Below the pieces are notes generated by a model. The model made no database searches. It worked only from the letters and a program-made list of their open reading frames with translations, and had not been told where the DNA came from. From contig JABAQR010000020.1 of the NCBI GenBank assembly GCA_019187485.1, positions 1,223-65,222 of the forward strand: 64,000 bases of DNA, in the 5' to 3' direction. A program made the position numbers and the translations under genes. This document shows, in pieces, positions 20,479 to 29,425 of this stretch (within the stretch, counting starts at the first letter, position 1; each line of letters begins with the position of its first letter). The DNA comes from Lysobacterales bacterium. Lineage in GTDB: Bacteria > Pseudomonadota > Gammaproteobacteria > Xanthomonadales > SZUA-5.

Positions 20479-22863
20479 TCAGCCCGGTGGCGGCTCCAGC
20501 AGTTCCGGCGGGATCTGGCGTTCTCCTGCCAGGCGCGCGGCATCCGCCGCGGCGCGGCGCCAGCCAGGCAGGTCGCCCTCCGCCCGCCGCACCCGCATCA
20601 GCAGCACGGCGCTGTCGAAATCGCGCGCGGGCAACCCGGGGTCGGAGGCGAGCAGATCGGTCAGCTCTTGCGCCGCCACGGCGGTACGGCCCTGCTCCAG
20701 CAGCAGCCGGATCAGCGCCTCGTTGGCGGCGACGATCCGTGACTGGCGGTTGAGCGCGTGAGCCAGGCGCAGAGCCTCGCGATAGGCATCCTCGGCCTCG
20801 ATCCCGCGACCGTTGCCGCCTTCGCGAAGATGATGGCCGCGGGCCAGCCAACCGAAGGTCGTCGCCGGCGCTTGCAGCGTTTTCGGCAACGCGGCCAGCG
20901 GCGGCAGTGCCAGCGGCGCTTCCGCGCGCAGGCGGCGGCGCGCCTCGAACCACAGGTACAGCGCCAGTTCGCCCTGGTCGCGATGCGAAGTCGAGACGGA
21001 CTCCTTCCCATCCTCCGAGTACACGCGCGCATAGGCGGCGGCGCCGTCGACGGCCACCTGGGCATGCCGGCCACGCGCCAGATCCAGTTGCATGCGGTAC
21101 AGATCCGCGGTGCGCAGGACATCGGCGCTCGCCCGCGCGCGCGAGGGTTCGCGCTCGCTCTCCTCGAGCAATGCGTGCGCCTCGCGCAACTGGCCGGTGC
21201 CCAGCAACAGCAGCATCCGCGCACGCAGATAGTCGGTGCGCTCGTCGCTGTCCGCCGACTGCGCTTGCAGAGCCCGCATGCGCTCCAGGGTGACTTGCGC
21301 GTCGTCCCAGCGCAGCATGCCGAACTGCAGCGAGAGCATTCCACGCAATCCCAGGAACTGTTGGCCGACCGCGCCGTAGCGCGCAAAGGTCTCCACGCTG
21401 TCCTGCACCTGACGCAGCGCCTCCGCCGGTCGACCCTGCAAGGAGGCGATCATCGCCAGCAACTCGCCCGCACTGGCCGCACCGAGTTCGTCGGCATCGG
21501 CGAGGAAATGTCGCTGCGCCTGGGTGAAGTCCATGCTCGCGGCCGCGTATTCGCCTGCGGCCGCAGCGCGGCTGCCGCGCAGGATCAGGGCCCGACCCAG
21601 GTCGCGCGGCCGCCCATGCGCCTGCAACAGCACCACCGCCTGGTCGATGAGGGCCTCCCAGCCGGGCGCGCCTCGACGCCGCAGCAAGGAGACTTCGAGC
21701 ATGTCGAGACGCCCCGTCTGTACTGGTTCGAGTTGCGGATCCAGACGCGCCCGCAAGCCCGCGGCGCGCTCCTCGGCCTGCGCGTGGCGGCCCTGCTCCA
21801 TGTCCAGCCGGATCCGCAGCAGCTCCGCTTCGGGCGACTGCGGTTCGCGCAGTTGCGCGAGCTGACCCAGCGCGGCTTCGAAATCGCGGCTGCGGATCAA
21901 CTGTTCGATCATGTCGAAGCCTTCGTCCGACGCGGCGATGGCGTCGGGCGATGGCGTGTCGAGCTGGTCGGTGGCCTTGCGCGCGGCGAGCAGCAGGTCG
22001 GCATCGTTGACGGCCACATGCAGCGGCCAACCCGCACCCTGCACACGCAGCTCCACCCGCCAGCCTTCGCCTTCGCGATGCACCGTGGGCAGCACCAGAC
22101 GACTGGCGCCGAGCTCGCGTTGCAGCGCGCCCAGATCGTTTCCGGGCGTGCGGTCGTGCAGGCGCGACAGCACGTTCTCCATGGGCACCACGACCGTACC
22201 GCGATGGCGCAGACGCTCGGCGATCAGAGTGGCGATGCCGATGCGCGCCCATTCTTCCTCACCCGGTGCGACCCGTGCCGGCAGCACCCAGACCCAGCCG
22301 GGGGCGGGCGCCGGCGCCGGCTGGACCGGTGATTCCAGCGAGGCCGGCCATTCGCGCGTCCGCCACAGGGCCCAGCCGCTGGCGAGCAAGGCCAGGGAGA
22401 GCGCCGCGGCCAACCCTGGCCGGATGCGCGGAGCGGCGGCAGCGGGAGCGGGCGGTGTTGCTCGCGCCGGCATCGCTTCCGACGCGGGCATCGTCTCCGG
22501 CGCGGGTGTCGCGAGCGGGGCCGTGCCGGTTTCCGCCGCGGACGTCTGCGCGGCTTCGACCTGGACCTCGCCCACGAAGTGATAACCGAAGCCGGATACC
22601 GTGCGAATCAGGCGCTGTTGGGCGCCATCGTCGTCGAGCAGTCGGCGCGCAGCCAGCACGGTCTGCGCGAGCTGGTTGTCGGAGACGTTGCTGCGCCGCC
22701 ACACGTATTCGATGAGCTCGTCGCGACCGACCGCGCGCGCGCGCTGTTCGATCAGGTAGACCAGACAGTCGAATACCCGTCGCGGTACCTCGAGCGCGAG
22801 TTCGTCGCGGGTCAATCGACGCGCGATCGGATCGAGGCGAAAATTGGCGAAACGGTAGTTCAC
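20479..22863 (-). CDS. ToxR/CadC-like membrane-tethered winged-helix regulator with a large TPR-like C-terminal domain
   Basis: N-terminal trans_reg_C-like FRLDPIARRLTRDELALEVPRRVFDCLVYLIEQRARAVGRDELIEYVW...IRTVSGFGYHFVG, one TM segment GLAAALSLALLASGWALW, then about 600 aa of helical repeats. I chose GTG 22863 as the start because the ATG at 23094 would overlap the divergent gene at 22996. Confidence 0.7.
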   Translation of the reverse strand: MNYRFANFRLDPIARRLTRDELALEVPRRVFDCLVYLIEQRARAVGRDELIEYVWRRSNVSDNQLAQTVLAARRLLDDDGAQQRLIRTVSGFGYHFVGEVQVEAAQTSAAETGTAPLATPAPETMPASEAMPARATPPAPAAAAPRIRPGLAAALSLALLASGWALWRTREWPASLESPVQPAPAPAPGWVWVLPARVAPGEEEWARIGIATLIAERLRHRGTVVVPMENVLSRLHDRTPGNDLGALQRELGASRLVLPTVHREGEGWRVELRVQGAGWPLHVAVNDADLLLAARKATDQLDTPSPDAIAASDEGFDMIEQLIRSRDFEAALGQLAQLREPQSPEAELLRIRLDMEQGRHAQAEERAAGLRARLDPQLEPVQTGRLDMLEVSLLRRRGAPGWEALIDQAVVLLQAHGRPRDLGRALILRGSRAAAAGEYAAASMDFTQAQRHFLADADELGAASAGELLAMIASLQGRPAEALRQVQDSVETFARYGAVGQQFLGLRGMLSLQFGMLRWDDAQVTLERMRALQAQSADSDERTDYLRARMLLLLGTGQLREAHALLEESEREPSRARASADVLRTADLYRMQLDLARGRHAQVAVDGAAAYARVYSEDGKESVSTSHRDQGELALYLWFEARRRLRAEAPLALPPLAALPKTLQAPATTFGWLARGHHLREGGNGRGIEAEDAYREALRLAHALNRQSRIVAANEALIRLLLEQGRTAVAAQELTDLLASDPGLPARDFDSAVLLMRVRRAEGDLPGWRRAAADAARLAGERQIPPELLEPPPG

Positions 22864-22995
22864 CGACGAAGCATAATGCTCCGCGACCGCGCTTCCACGA
22901 TTCCGACGCGGAGTGAACACCCGCCGCGCTCGGGTCGGCGACGGCCGGTCCGGTCGCGGCGCATCCCCGCCGTTCCGTACAGACAGGAGCTGCTC

Positions 22996-23346
22996 ATGAA
23001 ATACCTCGATGGATTCGTCCTCGCCGTTCCCAACGCCAACCGTGAGGTCTATCGCGAGTTCGCCGCAAAGGCCGCGGAGATGCTGAAGGAACACGGCGCG
23101 ACGCGTGTGGTCGAGAGCTGGGGCGACGATGTGCCCGAGGGCAAGCGGACCTCGTTCACGATCGCGACCGAGCGCAAGGAAGACGAGACGGCGGTGTTCT
23201 CGTGGATCGAATGGCCGAGCAAGGCGGTGCGCGACGTCGGCATGAAGGCCTTCATGGAAGACCCGCGGCTGCGCGATTTCCCGCCGATGCCCTTCGACGG
23301 TCAGCGCATGTTCTTCGGCGGTTTCGAGCCGCTGGTGGACGTGTGA
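22996..23346 (+). CDS. DUF1428 (YbaA-like) family protein
   Basis: AGGAG 6 nt upstream. MKYLDGFVLAVPNANREVYREFAAKAAEMLKEHGA...FSWIEWPSKAVRD...MPFDGQRMFFGGFEPL matches my recollection of DUF1428. Confidence 0.8.
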   Translation: MKYLDGFVLAVPNANREVYREFAAKAAEMLKEHGATRVVESWGDDVPEGKRTSFTIATERKEDETAVFSWIEWPSKAVRDVGMKAFMEDPRLRDFPPMPFDGQRMFFGGFEPLVDV

Positions 23347-23644
23347 TGGATGCTCTCCGCGCGCTCACGCGGCGGCGCACGCGGGCAATGCCGCACGCGG
23401 CCGAATCAGCGTCCGCTCGCCACCGCGCCGACGCGTTGTCCGGGAGCTGATCAGCCCGCGTCCCGCAGGCGCTTCCGCGAGTCGATGGCGGATGCGCGGG
23501 GGGGCGATTGGATGAATTCCGGCGTCTCACGGACCCCTGCGCAGGCCGATGCGACGGTGGTGGCGAGGAACTGCCGGCATCCGATTGTCCGCGGTGCAAC
23601 CGCGCGCGCAAAATCGCCCGGGTTCTGACGCGGTCGGGGGACGG

Positions 23645-24898
23645 ATGGACGAGGAGCTGCTGCGCTACCGCGATCTGGATGCGGAACTGGTCGCTGCGGT
23701 CAAGGACATCAAGATGCTCAGCACGCTGAGCTGGCCCAAGCGCGTGCAGGACCAGTTCCTCTCCGACTGGAGGGCTGGCCGGCGGCAGTTGCCGCAGATC
23801 GAGTACAAGAAGTTCGGTTTCGCCGAGCGTCGCAAGCAGTTGAAGGCGATCGCGCAGCAATGCGACGCTGCGCATCCGATCGGCAACTATCTGCAGCGGA
23901 CCGCGCACTCCTGGCAGGTGGCCACCCTGCTGCTCGAACACCTCGGCAGCAAGCAGATGACCCAGTATTCGGTACAACTGTATGGCCGCCCCGGCGACCG
24001 CATCGCCGGCTCCGCGGTCAACAACCTCGAAGCAGCGCAGCACTTCATCGCCGCGGCCGACGACATCCTCGGCAACGATGCGCTCGGCGAGGTCGAGTAC
24101 TGCCTGTCGGCCGAAATCCTCAAGCACGAGATGGAACACCGGCTCGCCGAGGTGTTCACGCAGCACAAGGTGAGTGTGGTCGTCGATCCGGATCTGGTCG
24201 CCAAGGCCGCTGCCGGCCCCACCCGCATCCGTCTGCGTCAGAGCACCTGCTTTTCGGAGTACGACCTATCGCAACTGCTCGAGCACGAAGCCTTCGTGCA
24301 CTCGCTGACCTCGCTGAACGGGCGCAACCAGCGCAATCTCGGGAGCCTCGGACTGAACTCGCCGCGGATCACCGCCACCCAGGAAGGCCTGGCGGTGTTT
24401 TCCGAGCTGGTCACCGGCTCGATCGACATCATGCGCATGAAGCGCATCTCGCTGCGCATCCTGGCGATCGACATGGCGCTGCACGGCGCCAACTTCATCG
24501 AGGTCTTCCACTTCTTTCTCGAACAGGGCCAGAGCGAGACCGAGAGCTTCACTTCGGCGATGCGGGTATTCCGCGGCGTGCCGACCAGCGGTGGCGCCGC
24601 GTTCACCAAGGACACCGTCTATCTGCACGGACTGCTGTCCGTGCATACCTTTTTCCGCTGGGCCCTGCGCAGCGGCCGGCTCGATCTCGCACAGCATCTG
24701 TTCGCCGGCAAGATGACCCTGCAGGACGTGGTCGAACTCGAGCCTCATGTCGCCAGCGGCTTCATCGACCCGCCAATGTACCTGCCGCCGTGGATGCGCC
24801 GCAGCAACGGTCTCGCCGGGTATCTGTCCTTCTCGCTGTTCGTCAACCGGATCCGGCTCGACCAGGTCGAACGGGAGCACGTGCTGATGGGGGTGTGA
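23645..24898 (+). CDS. DUF1704 / QEGLA-motif protein (MATCAP-like putative metallopeptidase)
   Basis: 417-aa protein from ATG 23645 (GGGGGA upstream). Contains the QEGLA motif (TATQEGLAVFSE) and an HExxxH string (LEHEAFVHSL). Confidence 0.75.
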   Translation: MDEELLRYRDLDAELVAAVKDIKMLSTLSWPKRVQDQFLSDWRAGRRQLPQIEYKKFGFAERRKQLKAIAQQCDAAHPIGNYLQRTAHSWQVATLLLEHLGSKQMTQYSVQLYGRPGDRIAGSAVNNLEAAQHFIAAADDILGNDALGEVEYCLSAEILKHEMEHRLAEVFTQHKVSVVVDPDLVAKAAAGPTRIRLRQSTCFSEYDLSQLLEHEAFVHSLTSLNGRNQRNLGSLGLNSPRITATQEGLAVFSELVTGSIDIMRMKRISLRILAIDMALHGANFIEVFHFFLEQGQSETESFTSAMRVFRGVPTSGGAAFTKDTVYLHGLLSVHTFFRWALRSGRLDLAQHLFAGKMTLQDVVELEPHVASGFIDPPMYLPPWMRRSNGLAGYLSFSLFVNRIRLDQVEREHVLMGV

Positions 24899-24940
24899 GC
24901 GCTGTTGCATGGTGAGCGTGGCCGCGACCCGTCACTCCGC

Positions 24941-24970
24941 TCGGCATCCGTGGCAGCGCCACGCTACAAT
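24941..24970 (+). promoter_or_regulatory. Candidate rnpB promoter
   Basis: TCGGCA (24941-46), an 18-nt spacer and TACAAT (24965-70), placing the TSS near 24977, just at the predicted P1 5' strand. Confidence 0.4.
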
Positions 24971-24976
24971 CACGAC

Positions 24977-25357
24977 CCCGCCGATCCGGCGTCGGTCGAA
25001 TGGTCGCGGTGTGGCCCGCGAGGGTGCGCATCGAGGAAAGTCCGGGCTGCACAGGGCAAGGTGCCAGATAACGTCTGGGGGGCGAGAGCCTACGGACAGT
25101 GCAACAGAGAGCAGACCGCCAGCGGCCCGTCGCGAGACGGGTGCGGGCAAGGGTGAAACGGTGCGGCAAGAGCGCACCGCGTCGGTGGCAACGCGCGACG
25201 GCACGGCAAACCCCACCTGCAGCAAGGCCGAATAGGGGGAATATGGCGCGGCCCGCGTCTTCCCCGGGTAGGCCGCTTGAGGCCGATGGCGACATCGGTC
25301 CCAGAGGAATGACCATTCACGACAGAACCCGGCTTACAGACCGACCCGGGCGGCGGA
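24977..25357 (+). ncRNA. rnpB: RNase P RNA, bacterial type A (M1 RNA)
   Basis: Universal motifs GAGGAAAGTCCGGGC (25033-25047), GGTGCCAGATAACG, AGTGCAACAGAGAGCA, GGGTGAAACGGTGCGGCAAGAGCGCACC, CAAGGCCGAATAGGGG and ACAGAACCCGGCTTA (25322-25336). The 5' CCGCCG..CCGGCGTCGGTC pairs with the 3' GACCGACCCGGGCGGCGG (P1). Ends are +/-10 nt. Confidence 0.95.
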
Positions 25358-25519
25358 ACTTTTTCGAACAGACGCGACTTCGCTGGCGCGGTGGGTCGTC
25401 GTCCACGGGAGCGCGTGCTGGTTGTCGGTTGCTGGTTGTCAGTTGTCGGCAGCTCGCCCGGATCGACGGGTCGCCTCGATCTCGCGCGCTTTGGCTGCCG
25501 ACAACCACCAGCCCGCTCC

Positions 25520-27349
25520 TCAATCCGCCGGCAGCAGGTGCGCGTACTCGCGCGCCAGTGCCGCCGGCTGCTCGGATTTGAGCAGGTAGCAGTTGCCGAT
25601 CGCGAGGCGATCGAGGTGGGTGCCCATGAAGCAGCGGAAGGCGTCCTCGGGCGAGCCGACGACCGGCTCGCCGCGCACGTTGAAACTGGTGTTGACCAGC
25701 GTCGGGCAGCCGGTGAGCTCGTGGAAGCGCGACAGCAGCGCGTGGAAACGTGGATTGCTGTCGGCCTGCACGCTCTGCACGCGGGCCGAGTAGTCCACAT
25801 GGGTCACTGCCGGGATGTTCGAGCGCTGCTGCCGCAAGCGTTCCAGTCCCGAGACCGAGGGGTCGACGGGCAGACGGCAATGCGCAGCCACTGGCGCGAC
25901 GATGAGCATGTACGGGCTTGGGGCGTCCAGTTCGAAACATTCGCGTGTGCGTTCGGCGAGGACCGCCGGCGCGAAGGGCCGGAAGGACTCGCGGAACTTC
26001 ACTTTCAGGTTCAGCAGGGACTGGGTGTCGGCGCGCCGCGGGTCGGCCAGAATGGAACGATTGCCCAGTGCGCGCGGGCCGTACTCGGCGCGGCCCTGGA
26101 ACCAGCCCAGCGCCTGGCCGTCGGCAAGGTCGCGCGCCGCGGTGTCGATCAGTTCGACCTCGGTCAGCCGGCGGTAGACAGCACCTAGGTGGTCGAGCGT
26201 CGCGGCAATCTCCTCGTCCGGGAAAGCCGGACCGAGGAAGGCGCCCGCCATGCCGTCGCCGCCAGGTCCCGGCGGCGTGCGCGGCCGGCCTTGCGTGCGA
26301 TGCCAGTAGGCGAGCGCCGCGCCGAGCGCGCCGCCGGCGTCGCCCGCCGCCGGCTGGATCCAGATCGCGTCGAAACCGCCTTCGCGCAGCAGTCTGCCGT
26401 TGGCGACGCAGTTGAGCGCGACGCCACCGGCCAGGCACAGGTGGCGCTCGCCGGTCGCGCGTCGCAGCGACTCCGCGAGTTGGAGCACGATCTCTTCGGT
26501 GGTCTGCTGGACCGAGGCCGCGAGATCCAGGTGACGTTTTTCGATAGCGCCCTCGGTGGCGCGCGGCGGGCCGCCGAACAGCGCGTGGAAGCGCGCGTTG
26601 GTCATCGTCAGCCCGGTGCAGTAGTCGAAGTAGCGCAGGTCCAGACGGAAGCTGCCGTCGTCCTTGACGTCGACCAGATGCTTGCGGATTGTGGCCGCGT
26701 ACTTCGGCTCGCCATAGGGCGCCAGGCCCATCAGCTTGTACTCGCCGGAATTGACGCGGAAACCGCAGTAGCTGGTGAAGGCCGAGTACAGCAGGCCGAG
26801 CGAATGCGGGAAGTGGATCTCGCGCAGGATGTCGAGATGGTTGTCCGCGCCGATGGCCGCGGTGGTGGTCGCCCACTCGCCGACGCCGTCCATGGTCAGC
26901 ACCAGCGCACGCTCGAAGGGCGAGGGATAGAAGGCGCTGGCGGCATGCGAGAGGTGGTGTTCGGAGAATGCGATCGGCGCTTTCAAGGCGGTGCCGTGGG
27001 CAATCGCCGCCAGCTCGTCGGCGATCAGTTTCTTCTGGAACAGCTTGTCGCGCAGCCAGATCGGCATCGCCGTGGCGAAGCTCGCGAATCCACGCGGTGC
27101 GAAACCCAGGTAGGTTTCCAGCAGACGTTCGAACTTGAGGAAGGGTTTCTCGAAAAACACGACCTGGTCGATGTCGGCCAGCGCGACGCCAGCCTGTGCC
27201 AGACACCAGCGCACGGCTCGCGAAGGGAAGCGCGCGTCGTGCTTGACCCGGCTGAAGCGCTCCTCCTGCGCTGCGCCGACGATCACGCCGTCGCGCAACA
27301 ACACGGCAGCGCTGTCGTGGAAATAGGCGGAGATGCCGAGGACGAACAT
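25520..27349 (-). CDS. Carbamoyltransferase (NodU/CmcH family)
   Basis: MFVLGISAYFHDSAAVLLRDGVIVGAAQEERFSRVKHD N-terminus, plus HHLSHAASAF and GGVALNCVANG motifs typical of the family. ATG 27349 chosen (609 aa). Confidence 0.85.
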   Translation of the reverse strand: MFVLGISAYFHDSAAVLLRDGVIVGAAQEERFSRVKHDARFPSRAVRWCLAQAGVALADIDQVVFFEKPFLKFERLLETYLGFAPRGFASFATAMPIWLRDKLFQKKLIADELAAIAHGTALKAPIAFSEHHLSHAASAFYPSPFERALVLTMDGVGEWATTTAAIGADNHLDILREIHFPHSLGLLYSAFTSYCGFRVNSGEYKLMGLAPYGEPKYAATIRKHLVDVKDDGSFRLDLRYFDYCTGLTMTNARFHALFGGPPRATEGAIEKRHLDLAASVQQTTEEIVLQLAESLRRATGERHLCLAGGVALNCVANGRLLREGGFDAIWIQPAAGDAGGALGAALAYWHRTQGRPRTPPGPGGDGMAGAFLGPAFPDEEIAATLDHLGAVYRRLTEVELIDTAARDLADGQALGWFQGRAEYGPRALGNRSILADPRRADTQSLLNLKVKFRESFRPFAPAVLAERTRECFELDAPSPYMLIVAPVAAHCRLPVDPSVSGLERLRQQRSNIPAVTHVDYSARVQSVQADSNPRFHALLSRFHELTGCPTLVNTSFNVRGEPVVGSPEDAFRCFMGTHLDRLAIGNCYLLKSEQPAALAREYAHLLPAD

Positions 27350-27616
27350 GCGGCGGCGGGTGGAACGGCGGACGCTGGATGATGCCATCCGGCGCAAGTG
27401 CGGGTTTTCCGAAAGCAACTGGAACCAGACCGCTGCGTCTTTCCAACACCCGGGAACCCATCGCCCGTGGTCCGTGCCACGGCAGGATTTTGCGCAAACC
27501 TTGATCAAACCCGGCCGTTGTTACCGGTTGTTACCTGGCGTGACCGAAGCGCGTGGGTTTCCATGACTCCACTTGTCGAACATCCCCTCCAGGCAGGATC
27601 TTCTGGAGCGAGTGTG

Positions 27617-28375
27617 ATGGCGACCCATGTGGCGAAGCGGTGCGATGCAGCGGTGTGCGGGCAGTGCGAGCAGCCTTGCGTGCTCGGAACCCTGCAATGC
27701 GGCCTGCGTCTGGATTTGCGCGAATTCCCCGAGCTGAAGGAGCGTCAACTTGCCCGCGGCGACTATCTGTTCCATGCCTCGGGCGCCTTTGAATCGCTCT
27801 ACGCGGTGCGCAGCGGCATGCTCAAGGTCTCGGTGCTGACCGAGGACGGCCGCGAGCAGATCACCGGATTTTTCCTCCCCGGTGACCTCGTCGGACTGGA
27901 TTCGGTAGGACTACGGCAACACGCGAGTTCCGCGGCGGCCATCGACGACACTGTGGTTTGCGAACTGCCCTTCGCGGTACTCGAACGCCACGGCCAGTCG
28001 GTGCCGCGCATCCAGGCGGCGCTGTTCCGCATGCTCTCCGGCCAGATCCGCCGCGAACAATCGACCCTGTTGCTGCTGGGTTCGTTGCGTGCCGAAGAGC
28101 GCCTGGCGCAGTTCCTGATTGACCTCTCCGAGCGCGTGCACAGCGACACCCAGTGCGGCAGCGCGATCGGTATGCCGATGACTCGTGAGGAGATCGGCAG
28201 CTACCTTGGACTCAAGCTGGAGACGGTCTCGCGTACCTTGTCGAAAATGCACCGCGACGGCGTCATCGAGGTGGTCAAGCGCGGTGTGCGCATCCGCCAG
28301 GTGGACCGGTTGCGTCGGCTCGCTGGTCTGGCCGTGCGCCCGCAGGGCGATTCGGCCCACCGCCGCGGACACTGA
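27617..28375 (+). CDS. Crp/Fnr-family regulator, FNR-like with an N-terminal Cys cluster
   Basis: GGAG 8 nt upstream of ATG 27617 (alternative ATG at 27563). KRCDAAVCGQCEQPCVLGTLQC cluster plus VVCELPF (C122-equivalent). cNMP-binding fold and HTH REEIGSYLGLKLETVSRTLSKM. Confidence 0.8.
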   Translation: MATHVAKRCDAAVCGQCEQPCVLGTLQCGLRLDLREFPELKERQLARGDYLFHASGAFESLYAVRSGMLKVSVLTEDGREQITGFFLPGDLVGLDSVGLRQHASSAAAIDDTVVCELPFAVLERHGQSVPRIQAALFRMLSGQIRREQSTLLLLGSLRAEERLAQFLIDLSERVHSDTQCGSAIGMPMTREEIGSYLGLKLETVSRTLSKMHRDGVIEVVKRGVRIRQVDRLRRLAGLAVRPQGDSAHRRGH

Positions 28376-28379
28376 GTCG

Positions 28380-28760
28380 ATGGCCAACGCATCGCCATTT
28401 CCGCTGATCGGCGTGGTAGAGCCGGATGCCGACGTGCGCGAGTTCATCGAGGTCTTGCTGCGACGTGCTGGGTACCGCTGCGAGTCCTTCGTCAGCGCCG
28501 AACGCTTCGAACACGCCGCCGCCACCCGCGATTACGCCTGCGTGATCACCGACGCCGATCTGCCGGGCATCGACGGTCTGGAACTGGCGCGCCGGGTGCA
28601 GGTCTCGGCGCATCCGGTGCCGGTGATGCTGCTGACCTCGGATTCCGACAGCGAGTTGCAACGCGCCGCGCGCGCCGCGCATGTGTTGCAGGTGCAGCGC
28701 AAGCCACTCGGCGTACGCGAATTCCTGCAGTCGGTGGGGACGGCGCTGGGACGGGCTTGA
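28380..28760 (+). CDS. Single-domain response regulator receiver (CheY-like)
   Basis: Starts 4 nt after the FNR-like stop. IGVVEPDADVREF...CVITDADLPGIDGLELARRV...MLLTSDSD...KP receiver pattern. The first acidic pair is atypical (VEPD). Confidence 0.7.
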   Translation: MANASPFPLIGVVEPDADVREFIEVLLRRAGYRCESFVSAERFEHAAATRDYACVITDADLPGIDGLELARRVQVSAHPVPVMLLTSDSDSELQRAARAAHVLQVQRKPLGVREFLQSVGTALGRA

Positions 28761-28790
28761 GAGCCGGTCGTCGGCAGCGATACCCACCCT

Positions 28791-29297
28791 TCAATACCGC
28801 GGCAGCGCCGCCACCGGGCAGCGTTGCGCGCGTTCGCGCGCAGCGGTCGACGTGTTCGGATCGCCGAGCGCGTCGCGGCTTTCGGCGATCAGCAGCCAGT
28901 TGCGCATGCACCACTCGCCGATGCGCGAGCCCAGGTCGTAGCTCTTCATCGCCAGCTTCTCGGCGTCGAGGAACTGCTCGACACGCAGCAGCGATTCCGC
29001 CTTGAGCTGCCACAGCCGCGGGTTCTCGGGCTCGATCGCCAGGGCTGCCTCGATGCGCGCGTGCGCCTGCCGGTACGCGCCTTCCGCCTCCAGGCGCGCC
29101 GCTTCTGCCAGCAGGTGGTCGACGGCGGGATTCTGCAGCGGCGCGATCTCGACCGCCGAGCGCGTGCTGGCCGCGGCCTGGCGCAATTCGGCGACGCGGT
29201 CGCGCGGCGGCGGCGGTGGCTCGGGTGGCGGCGGCGGCGTGCTCGCGCAGCCGGCGAGCAGCGAAGTGAGGAGCAGCAGGCAGTGGCGGGCGTTCAT
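28791..29297 (-). CDS. TPR-like lipoprotein
   Basis: Lipobox LLTSLLAGC after MNARHCLLL, a Pro-rich linker, and TPR-like helices (EAEGAYRQAHARIEAALAIEPENPRLW). Confidence 0.65.
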   Translation of the reverse strand: MNARHCLLLLTSLLAGCASTPPPPPEPPPPPRDRVAELRQAAASTRSAVEIAPLQNPAVDHLLAEAARLEAEGAYRQAHARIEAALAIEPENPRLWQLKAESLLRVEQFLDAEKLAMKSYDLGSRIGEWCMRNWLLIAESRDALGDPNTSTAARERAQRCPVAALPRY

Positions 29298-29425
29298 CGA
29301 CCTGGTGTTGCCGTGAATGCGGTTATGGAACGGTGTGTGGAGCAAAGCTGAGGCCAGTACCCGTCGTGCCGGTCATGGCAAGCACGACATCCATGCTTGC
29401 GCGTGCAGCGCGCGCGATGACCGAT

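Noticed and set aside
22864-23094. ATG at 23094 as the start of the wHTH-TPR regulator
   Set aside because: It would overlap the divergent DUF1428 gene (start 22996, strong AGGAG) by about 100 nt. It would also add 77 residues with no similarity to the family. GTG 22863 is preferred, but unverified.
27486-27510. TTGATCAA / TTTGCGCAAA examined as an FNR box
   Set aside because: Neither fits TTGAT-N4-ATCAA (14 bp). They are kept only as generic palindromes in the finding, not called as an FNR site.
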